Shown here: one piece after another, positions 1 through 6,928 of the stretch
Layout of the letters: each line of letters starts with the position of its first letter
How positions within the stretch are numbered: position 1 is the first letter of the stretch
NCBI GenBank assembly: GCA_038230695.1
Contig: JBBRMT010000001.1
Span: 132 to 64,131, forward strand
Source of the DNA: Chloroflexia bacterium
GTDB lineage: Bacteria; Chloroflexota; Chloroflexia; QHBQ01
Length of the DNA stretch: 64,000 nucleotides
Direction: 5' to 3'
The notes under the pieces: model-generated
The model's database searches: none
What the model was told of the DNA's origin: nothing
Seen by the model: the letters and a program-made list of their open reading frames with translations, nothing else
Made by a program: the position numbers and the translations under genes

Positions 1-1
1 C

Positions 2-154
2 GATTGTGGCTACCACTGCGGGCAAACCAGCACCCCCACCGCTACCCATCAGCCGGAGCCGACCCATACCCCCGTCGCTACCCATCAGCCGGAGCCGACC
101 CATACCCCCGATTGTGGCTTCCATTGTGAACCGACGGCCACGCCCCAACCCTGA
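2..154 (+). CDS. 3' end (last ~50 codons) of a gene truncated by the window edge; Cys/His-rich Thr/Pro-linker protein (…DCGYHCG…THTPDCGFHCEPTATPQP*)
   Basis: Frame 2 reads without stops to a TGA at 152-154. It contains DCG(F/Y)HC motifs identical in style to the C-terminal tail of the anti-sigma at 1992-3446. An internal 36-bp direct DNA repeat encodes (V)ATHQPEPTHTP twice. Confidence 0.4.
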   Translation, partial: DCGYHCGQTSTPTATHQPEPTHTPVATHQPEPTHTPDCGFHCEPTATPQP

Positions 155-321
155 ACCGCAAACCGTGAACGCAACAACAAACCGCCGATGCGCCCTGGCA
201 GCAATGTCAGGGCGCGGGATACCGATAAGTAAGGTTAGAAATACAGTTATGTAGAGCAGCACGTATTGGCCTCGACTCCACTTGCTCAGGGTTATAAAAT
301 AGCCTGAAAGTCCCATAAGAA

Positions 322-352
322 AAAGCGAAGCAACTTGCCAACACCTACGTAT
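322..352 (+). promoter_or_regulatory. promoter-like motif AAAGCGAAGCAA-N11-CTACGTAT upstream of the Cys/His-repeat protein gene
   Basis: Motif of the same two blocks recurs at 1294-1323 (N10 spacer) upstream of the ECF sigma gene. A CGTA-containing -10-like block is typical of ECF-type promoters. Confidence 0.4.
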
Positions 353-461
353 ACGTTCATGTAAAGCGATTCCCCTGATGCACACGTAGGGACCGCCAGC
401 AGCGGCTGTTAACCTGACCAATCCAAGCGCAGCATAATCATAATCAATATAGGAGGATAAG

Positions 462-1109
462 ATGCCCAGCCAGATAAAGTTTTACATTCGTGTCGCCCTG
501 GTCGCCAGCGTAGTGATCGGCATCAGCATTATATTCATGCCGCAAGGAAATGCAGCCCAGGTTGGTACGCTTACCAACATTGTAACTGCGCCGCCCGATC
601 ACGGCCACCCCTGCCGCATCCTGAGCAGCGCCAATCCGCTGCCCCAACCAACTGGCACAGCCCAGGTTACGCCCATGCCGACCTGCACCCCTGAGCCTAC
701 CACCACCGAGCAACATTGCTGGCACGATTGTGGCACTCCTGAAGCGACCCGCACTCCTGATTGCGATGGCAACCACGAATGTCACACCCCAATGCCCACC
801 CCCATCGCCACTACGACCGAGCAGCATTGCTGGCACGATTGTGGCACTCCTGAAGCGACCCGCACTCCTGATTGCGATGGCAACCACGAATGTCACACCC
901 CAATGCCCACCCCCAACGCCACTACGACCGAGCAGCACTGCTGGCACGATTGTGGCACTCCTGAGCCTACCCACACCCCCGGCTGCGATGTCAACCACGA
1001 GTGCCAGACCCCTCCGCCAACCCATACTCCCCGCGCCACCCATACTCCCGAACCGACCCACACTCCCGAACCGACTCACGTCGTACTCAACCTTGGCTCC
1101 AACGGGTGA
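462..1109 (+). CDS. secreted Cys/His-rich repeat protein: signal peptide, then 3 tandem 37-aa repeats (TTTEQHCWHDCGTPEATRTPDCDGNHECHTPMPTP-I/N-A) and a THTPEPTHTP tail
   Basis: ATG preceded by AGGAGGATAAG. N-terminal hydrophobic signal peptide (VALVASVVIGISIIF…GNAAQ). Each repeat carries 4 Cys and 4 His. The repeats are near-identical at the DNA level. Confidence 0.6.
   Translation: MPSQIKFYIRVALVASVVIGISIIFMPQGNAAQVGTLTNIVTAPPDHGHPCRILSSANPLPQPTGTAQVTPMPTCTPEPTTTEQHCWHDCGTPEATRTPDCDGNHECHTPMPTPIATTTEQHCWHDCGTPEATRTPDCDGNHECHTPMPTPNATTTEQHCWHDCGTPEPTHTPGCDVNHECQTPPPTHTPRATHTPEPTHTPEPTHVVLNLGSNG
699..1031 (+). repeat. three tandem 111-bp near-identical direct repeats inside the CDS
   Basis: Unit starts at 699, 810 and 921. 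Units 1 and 2 are essentially identical and unit 3 diverges in its last third. Period 111 bp equals 37 codons. Confidence 0.8.
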
Positions 1110-1132
1110 TTTGCCAACCTACCCGCTAGCTC

Positions 1133-1168
1133 CCAATGCGCCCCGGCATCATTGCCAGGGCGCATTGG
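1133..1168 (+). terminator. hairpin CCAATGCGCCC-N14-GGGCGCATTGG (11-bp stem) 25 nt after the stop of the 462-1109 gene
   Basis: Perfect inverted repeat seen directly. Followed by ATTTCCCC, a weak U-tract. Confidence 0.45.
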
Positions 1169-1293
1169 ATTTCCCCACATCGGCTCGATTAGGTTAAGCG
1201 GAACCCGGCTCAAACTGCCGACTATTGTGGCACAAGTCAGCTTGACGCTAATCTACGCTACAAACACGCACTGGTTAGCAGGCAGTCAGAACA

Positions 1294-1323
1294 AAAGCGA
1301 AGCAAATCCCCAAAGCTACGTAT
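1294..1323 (+). promoter_or_regulatory. second copy of the AAAGCGAAGCAA-N10-CTACGTAT motif, ~75 nt upstream of the ECF sigma start
   Basis: Same two conserved blocks as at 322-352. A TATAAT-like GTTATAAT follows at ~1351-1358. Confidence 0.4.
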
Positions 1324-1398
1324 TAGAATATGGATGGGCAGCGTGTGTTATAATTTAATACTCAGGTTGGCAGGCCTGTTCGGTAAGGATTGCTGAAG

Positions 1399-1995
1399 AT
1401 GGTTTTGCAGCGGAGCGCAACTCTTGTGGTGAGCAGCACTACTGACCAACAATTCGACTTGGTCTTCAACCAATATGGCGGTTTCGTCTACACCGTTGCC
1501 CAGGCGCTGCTGAAGAACCGGCAGGACGCAGAAGACGCTGTGCAGGAAGTGTTCATCCGCGTATACCGTTCGTTGCACAATTATGACGAGGTTAAAGGCA
1601 ATATGGAGGCATGGCTGCGGGCCATTCTGCTCAATTATTGCCGCGACAAATGGCGCAAACGCAGTTTTCTCAGCATCCCCATCAGCTTGCTGGCGCATAA
1701 TCAGGACGGCGAGGATGGCAACTGGGAGGAGGCGTTGGCTAACGCAGGCGGGATCAGCAACCAGGAGGCAGGGCCGGACATGACTCTGCTGCGCCGCGAA
1801 TGTGAAGACGAACTGTGGGCGGCGGTCAATAGCCTGAGCGAGAAGCTGCGCCGCGTGGTGGTGCTACGCTACTATATGGACCTTAGCGATAATGCGGTGG
1901 CCGATACGCTCGGACTACCCGTAGGCACAATCTACTCGCGGCTGCACGCCGCGCATCGGCGCTTGCAGGCGCTGCTGTACCCTGGTGAAAAATGA
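1399..1995 (+). CDS. ECF-type RNA polymerase sigma-70 family factor
   Basis: Region 2 (VFIRVYRSLHNYDEVKGNMEAWLRAILLNYCRDKWRKR) and region 4 HTH (LRRVVVLRYYMDLSDNAVADTLGLPVGTIYSRLHAAHRRL). An alternative TTG start lies at 1390. The stop overlaps the next gene's start (ATGA). Confidence 0.85.
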   Translation: MVLQRSATLVVSSTTDQQFDLVFNQYGGFVYTVAQALLKNRQDAEDAVQEVFIRVYRSLHNYDEVKGNMEAWLRAILLNYCRDKWRKRSFLSIPISLLAHNQDGEDGNWEEALANAGGISNQEAGPDMTLLRRECEDELWAAVNSLSEKLRRVVVLRYYMDLSDNAVADTLGLPVGTIYSRLHAAHRRLQALLYPGEK

Positions 1996-3446
1996 TGAAC
2001 CACGAACAGACCCAAAGTGCGATTAGTCGCTACCTGCGTGGAGAGTTGACTGCCGATGAGCAACGCGACTTGCTTGCCCATGTCCGTGACTGCCCCCGCT
2101 GTGGCAGCGAACTGGCGATTGCCCGCCGCCTGCAACGCGAACTGCCGCAGGCTGCGCCCTATCGCGCCATCATCGGCGTGCCGCTACCTGCGGCGCTGGC
2201 TGCCAGGGTGCGGGCCAGCGTCGCCAGCCAGCAAGGGCGTAGACCACTCGGCTGGATGGAGTGGCTCTTCCCTGGAGCGCAGCCAAACCTGCGGCGCGGA
2301 GTAGTCAACGTGCTGGCCGTGTTCCTACTGCTGCTATCATTTGCCGTTGGCGTGGCCGCGCTTCGCAACGCCTTCCAACCCGGCCCGCCCCGCCCCGGCT
2401 ACCAGGCCAACTTCGCCTATGCCGCCGAGCAGGGACGCATCTATGTGTTCACCGATACCACTATCACCACCGATACGCTTACCTATCGTTGGGACTTTGG
2501 CGATGGTGGCAGCAGCAATCTACGCAACCCCCGTCACCACTATGGTGTGACCGGGGTTTATACCGTGGCAATGTCCGTAAGCGGGCCGCATGGAACTGGC
2601 GACAAGTCTCTGGGGGTGCAAGTTGGCCCGATCGTCGCCGTTACCGCCAGCCCTATGCCGACAGCGTTGCCCAGCGCCACTGTATATCTACCCGGCCTGT
2701 TTACCGCCACCCCCGCGCTACTGCCCATGCTGGATACCGCGACCCCACCAGCAACCGATACCCCGTCGCTAATTGGTCCGCCAAGCCCGACCTTGCCTTC
2801 CAGTAACCCGCTGCCATCCGCTACGACCACATCATCCGCACAACCGACCGTGCTGCTACCACAACCCAGCCCCACCCCGCCGCTATTGCCCAACTATGGG
2901 CCTACCGGCACGCCGCTGCCACAGCCGACTATTACCTCGCTACCCCAACCGAGCAATACGGCGTTGCCGCAACCAACTAGCACGCCAGTCACTGTGCCGA
3001 GCGATACGCCGCCGCCGCTAACCAAAACGCCAACCAGCGCCCCACTCACCACGCCCACCAGTGTGCCAAGTCATACGCAAGTGCCGACTGGCACGCCCAG
3101 GATTGTGCCAAGCGACACGCCATTGCCGCAGCCAAGCGACACGCCATTGCCGCAGCCGAGCGATACACCCGCTGCTACCCACACTCCCGATTGCGGCTTC
3201 CACTGCGGGCCGACCGAAACGCCGGTGCCACCGACCCATATGCCTACCGATACTCCGCCACCTACCGAGACCCCAATACCCACCCACGAGCCACCGTCCA
3301 CGCACACGCCAGGGCCACCTACGGCTACGCCTACGGCTACGCCGACCCACCATCCGCCACCGCCAACCTGGACACCACATGACCTGACTATGACACCAGG
3401 GCCGACCTGCACCCCTCATGAGGGCAATGAGCATGACAACTGCTGA
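1992..3446 (+). CDS. anti-sigma factor: N-terminal zf-HC2 zinc finger, one TM helix, PKD domain, long Pro/Thr/Ser-rich low-complexity region, and a Cys/His-rich tail (DCGFHCGP…HEGNEHDNC)
   Basis: HVRDCPRCGSELA motif (H-x3-C-x2-C). TM segment VVNVLAVFLLLLSFAVGVAAL. PKD signature WDFGDGGSS…YTVAMSVSG. Translationally coupled to the sigma gene (4-bp overlap). Confidence 0.8.
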   Translation: MMNHEQTQSAISRYLRGELTADEQRDLLAHVRDCPRCGSELAIARRLQRELPQAAPYRAIIGVPLPAALAARVRASVASQQGRRPLGWMEWLFPGAQPNLRRGVVNVLAVFLLLLSFAVGVAALRNAFQPGPPRPGYQANFAYAAEQGRIYVFTDTTITTDTLTYRWDFGDGGSSNLRNPRHHYGVTGVYTVAMSVSGPHGTGDKSLGVQVGPIVAVTASPMPTALPSATVYLPGLFTATPALLPMLDTATPPATDTPSLIGPPSPTLPSSNPLPSATTTSSAQPTVLLPQPSPTPPLLPNYGPTGTPLPQPTITSLPQPSNTALPQPTSTPVTVPSDTPPPLTKTPTSAPLTTPTSVPSHTQVPTGTPRIVPSDTPLPQPSDTPLPQPSDTPAATHTPDCGFHCGPTETPVPPTHMPTDTPPPTETPIPTHEPPSTHTPGPPTATPTATPTHHPPPPTWTPHDLTMTPGPTCTPHEGNEHDNC

Positions 3447-3470
3447 CAGCCTTAGCAAGTGGCAACTAGC

Positions 3471-3496
3471 AAAAAGCCCCGCCTGGCGGGGCTTTT
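3471..3496. terminator. bidirectional rho-independent terminator AAAAAGCCCCGCC-TG-GGCGGGGCTTTT between convergent genes
   Basis: 9-bp GC stem flanked by an A-run and a T-run. Lies between the anti-sigma (+) stop and the GNAT (-) stop. Confidence 0.8.
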
Positions 3497-3515
3497 GGTT
3501 ATCGCTAACAGTCAG

Positions 3516-3878
3516 TCATAGGAGAGGGGATGATAATGCCAACTTCACCCAGTAACGTCGCCTTATCTGGCCGCTACGCGCCACCTCATTCTCCAACACG
3601 CCACCCAACGCTTCGATAATGCGCCGCGAGGCTGCGTTGTCTGCCCCACAGGTAATCACCACTCTAGCCAGTCCAAACTCCCGCGCTTGTGCCAGCGCCA
3701 GCCTGAGCAGCTCGCGGCCATAACCCTGCCGCTGCCGTGAGGGAACGATCTCACCGCCGATGTAGCCACGCCAGTTCAGCACTTCATTGTTAGCGTGATG
3801 GCGCACACTGACCTGGCCGATCACCTCACCTTCTGCGATCAGCCAGTACAGCGTCTCCGGCACATCCTCTTCCGCCAA
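3516..3878 (-). CDS. GNAT family N-acetyltransferase
   Basis: Acetyl-CoA binding motif region QGYGRELLRLALAQAREFGLARVVITCGADNAASRRIIEALGG. Confidence 0.75.
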   Translation of the reverse strand: MAEEDVPETLYWLIAEGEVIGQVSVRHHANNEVLNWRGYIGGEIVPSRQRQGYGRELLRLALAQAREFGLARVVITCGADNAASRRIIEALGGVLENEVARSGQIRRRYWVKLALSSPLL

Positions 3879-4066
3879 GCCAGTTTCATCCGCCCAGCGA
3901 TGCAGTTCGCGCAGATGGGCGGCAAAATCGTCGCCGATTGCTGTGCAATCCCAGGCAAGATGGCGGTTCGCAGCATGATACTCTTGCAGCGCCCGCAGCT
4001 AACTATCCTTATATTACACCGAAGGCAGGGTTAGGAAATGTTCGGACATAGATACAACCCTTGCGG

Positions 4067-5195
4067 CTAGCCCTCATCCTCATCCGGCTTCACCGCTTCA
4101 TCGGCCTTCCAGTGTAGGTAGGGGTTGATAAAAGGGTCGAGGTCGCCATCCATCACCCCGAAGATGTCACTGGTCGAGTAGCCGCTACGGTAGTCGTCCA
4201 CCTTCTGATAAGGCATAAAGACGTAGGAGCGGATCTGGCTGCCCCAACCGGCTTGCACGTGTTCGCCACGCAGTTTGGCCTGCTCCTCATCCTTCTTCTG
4301 CCGCTCCAATTCCCACAGCTTGGCCCGCATAATTTTCATTGCGGTCTCGCGGTTCTGCACCTGGCTACGCTCGTTCTGGCAGGTAACTACGATACCAGTG
4401 GGGATATGGGTGAGGCGGATGGCAGTGGAGGTCTTGTTCACGTTCTGACCACCCGCACCAGTGGCGCGGTACATGTCCATCTTGATGTCGTCGTCGTTAA
4501 TCTCTATCTCAATCTTGTCGTCAAGCTCAGGCAGGATTTCGACGAGGGCAAACGAAGTCTGGCGGCGGTGCTGGCTGTCGTAAGGGGAGATGCGTACCAT
4601 GCGGTGCTGACCTGCCTCGCCGTGAAGGTAGCCGTAGGCGTTACGTCCGCTAATAGTCATAGTGCAGCTCTTAATGCCCGCCTCGTCTCCCTCGGAGACG
4701 TAATCAAGCTCCGCATCGTATTTATGCTGCTCGGCCCAGCGGGTGTACATCCGCATCAGCATTTGCGCCCAGGCCATTGCCTCGGTGCCGCCCTCGCGGG
4801 CGTAGATGCTTATAATCGCGTTGCCCGCGTCATACTCGCCGCCCAACAACAGTTCCATCTCGTCCTTGTCGAGTTGGGTGGCAATGCTGTCATGCTCGGC
4901 CTGAAGCTGGGCTAGCATATCGTCTTCGCCCTCGCTAAGTTCGGCCAGTTCGCGCAGTTCGGCGACTCGGCTGCCCAGCGTGGCCCAGCGTTCAATCTGC
5001 TCACGCAGTTCCGCCGCCCGCTGCGTTACCTGGCGGGCGGTCGGTTGGTCGGTCCAGAAGTCGGGTTGCATAGCCTGCTCGTCTAGCTCGATCAGTTCCT
5101 TCTCTTTGCGGGGCAAGTCAAAGACGGGCCTGCATCGTATTGATGCGTTCGATGAGCGCATCGAACCCGCTGGTTAGTTCTTCAGTGGTTGGCAT
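4067..5195 (-). CDS. prfB: peptide chain release factor 2 with programmed +1 ribosomal frameshift (frame-0 segment 5195..5118, shift site CTT TGA C at 5123..5117, +1 segment to 4067)
   Basis: GGQ motif (ATGAGGQNVNKT) and SPY(F) motif region RISPYDSQHRRQTSFALVEI. The upstream short ORF MPTTEELTSGFDALIERINTMQARL ends in CUU UGA C, the canonical RF2 autoregulatory frameshift site. The +1 frame continues DLPRKEKELIEL…. Confidence 0.9.
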
Positions 5196-5198
5196 GGT

Positions 5199-5462
5199 TT
5201 AGTTGTGTTCCTCCTGTTTTTCCACAATGCTTATAATTTCGTCGGCAATAAACAATTTAGCGTGACCGCCACTGTCTACCTGCCTGAGTATGCCCGCTGC
5301 CTGCAGTTTCGCTACTATACTCTTGGTCGCCGGATAGCTGATGCCCAGGGTTTGCCTTGCCAGTGGTATAGTAAGCATCGGCATCTCGAGCATATGGTCA
5401 GCCAGGCGTTGCGGCAATTCTGGGGCGCGTACCTTCGCCAGATCATCACGCCAGCGCTGCAT
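5199..5462 (-). CDS. small winged-helix/HTH-like protein (87 aa), immediately upstream of prfB
   Basis: LTIPLARQTLGISYPATKSIVAKLQAAGILRQ resembles a wHTH recognition region. An in-frame stop lies 2 codons upstream of the Met. Function unknown. Confidence 0.4.
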   Translation of the reverse strand: MQRWRDDLAKVRAPELPQRLADHMLEMPMLTIPLARQTLGISYPATKSIVAKLQAAGILRQVDSGGHAKLFIADEIISIVEKQEEHN

Positions 5463-5718
5463 GCGCCCCTACAACAGAACAGTCTCTCTGCGACATTGAT
5501 AAGCAGAACGCTAACCAAGCCAGAGGCGACGAGTTGCTTGCCCAGCTAGAACGGCTCGGCAAGTTGCGGGCGCAAGGGGTGCTTACTGAAACGGAGTTCG
5601 CTGCGGCTAAGGCGAAGTTGCTAGGATTGTAGCGGGCGTAAGCGATTCGCCCCTTCGCTAGCGTTCGCGCCTACGATGGACATTGCCGCAGGTCAGCAGG
5701 GGGGGCAGCCACCCGCCC

Positions 5719-5910
5719 CTACGCTGATTTGTCAACCCGCTCCTGTTTGGCTTTGGCGGCCCGCTGTGCAGCGATGATTGCATCTGCTCGGGCCTCGAAG
5801 ATGCGAATACCTTCCTCAAGCTCATAGCTGCCCCCTCGCTCGGCCTCGTTAGCCATGCAGACTATTATGGGGTCAATACTTTGTAGTTCAACGTCTAGCC
5901 CTTCAGCCAT
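5719..5910 (-). CDS. hypothetical small acidic protein (63 aa)
   Basis: ORF with RBS-like GAAAGGGG 6 nt upstream of the ATG. Located after a hairpin (5921-5948) downstream of korB. No recognisable domain. Confidence 0.3.
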   Translation of the reverse strand: MAEGLDVELQSIDPIIVCMANEAERGGSYELEEGIRIFEARADAIIAAQRAAKAKQERVDKSA

Positions 5911-5976
5911 CGTTTGCCCCTTTCAAACACAGGAACCCCTCTCCATAAGCGAAGAGGGGTTCGGTATAGGGACAGG

Positions 5977-6867
5977 TTAGCTGAACTTCTTGAACAGCCC
6001 ATCCAGTACCTGCGCGGTGGTCTGGCGCTCGGCGGGGATAGTGGCGGCGACGTGATCCTCGAAGGTGGCTTTGTCGCGACTCTCGTATAGCACGCCGAGG
6101 TAGTAGGGATCGTGCTTCGAGGCAGCGACCAGGGCGGCAATGTAGTCGGTTTTGTCGTAGCCCTCTGGCAGGTCAATAGACTCGTCGCGGTAAAACTTGA
6201 AGGTGTTGACCTTGTTGAAGGTGGGGCAAGGGCTGAACACGTCAATCACCGCGAAGCCGGGGTGTTCCATGCCTTGCAGGATCATCGCGGCTAGTTCCTT
6301 GGTCTTACCACTGAAGCCACGCGCTACATAGGTCGCGCCCATTGCCAGGGCCAGCATCAGCGGGTTGAGCGGCGCATCCGCGCTGCCCTTCGGCGTAGTC
6401 TTGGTCACGAAGCCGAGGTCGCTGGTCGGCGAGGTCTGGCCTTTGGTGAGGCCATAGATGTTGTTGTCCATAATCACGTAGCAGATGTTGAGGTTGCGGC
6501 GGGCAGCGTGGACAAAGTGGCCCGCACCGATAGCGAAGCCATCACCATCGCCGCCGAAGGCGACTAGCTGGATGTCGGGGTTGGCGACGCGGATGCCGGT
6601 GCTGACTGGCATAGCGCGGCCATGCACGCTGTGGAAACCGTAGCTGCTGACGAAGAAGGGCAGCCTGCTGCTGCAACCGATGCCGCTAACCGCTACGATA
6701 TTCTTGGGGTCAGTGCCTTTAGCCTTCAGCGCGTTATAGATAGCGTTCAGCACGCCGAAGTCGCCGCAACCGGGACACCAGGTGGGCTTGGTGTCGCTCT
6801 TGTAATCATCTACGGTGCGCTCCAGCAGTGCAACCTGCGATTTGGTATTATCGTTCAATACGTCCAT
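5977..6867 (-). CDS. korB: 2-oxoglutarate:ferredoxin oxidoreductase, beta (TPP-binding) subunit
   Basis: TPP-binding region GCSSRLP…GDGDGFAIGAGHF. Adjacent to the alpha subunit and sucCD. Confidence 0.85.
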   Translation of the reverse strand: MDVLNDNTKSQVALLERTVDDYKSDTKPTWCPGCGDFGVLNAIYNALKAKGTDPKNIVAVSGIGCSSRLPFFVSSYGFHSVHGRAMPVSTGIRVANPDIQLVAFGGDGDGFAIGAGHFVHAARRNLNICYVIMDNNIYGLTKGQTSPTSDLGFVTKTTPKGSADAPLNPLMLALAMGATYVARGFSGKTKELAAMILQGMEHPGFAVIDVFSPCPTFNKVNTFKFYRDESIDLPEGYDKTDYIAALVAASKHDPYYLGVLYESRDKATFEDHVAATIPAERQTTAQVLDGLFKKFS

Positions 6868-6928
6868 TGTACTTTATGCCTTTCTCGACCCTCTCCCAAC
6901 CTCCCCCGGAGGGGGAGGGGCATTTCTC

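Noticed and set aside
444-1197. Long ORFs on the opposite strand and alternate frame across the 111-bp repeat region (444..1079 -, 730..1197 +)
   Set aside because: They are frame-shadow ORFs of a GC-rich repetitive coding region. They lack RBS and have low-complexity Ala/Gly/Arg composition. The plus-strand frame starting at 462 has the signal peptide and RBS.
2056-3458. Several overlapping ORFs (2261..2806 +, 3018..3458 -, 3071..3412 -, etc.) inside the anti-sigma gene
   Set aside because: Arg/Pro/Gly-rich translations typical of wrong-frame reading of GC-rich Pro/Thr-coding DNA. No start-site support.
4253-4915. 220-aa ORF antisense to prfB
   Set aside because: Antisense shadow of a highly conserved gene. 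No RBS and no recognisable domain.
5495-5632. SHOCT-like ORF as a bona fide gene
   Set aside because: There is no ATG and no RBS. It is only ~45 codons, so it is treated as a remnant rather than a feature.
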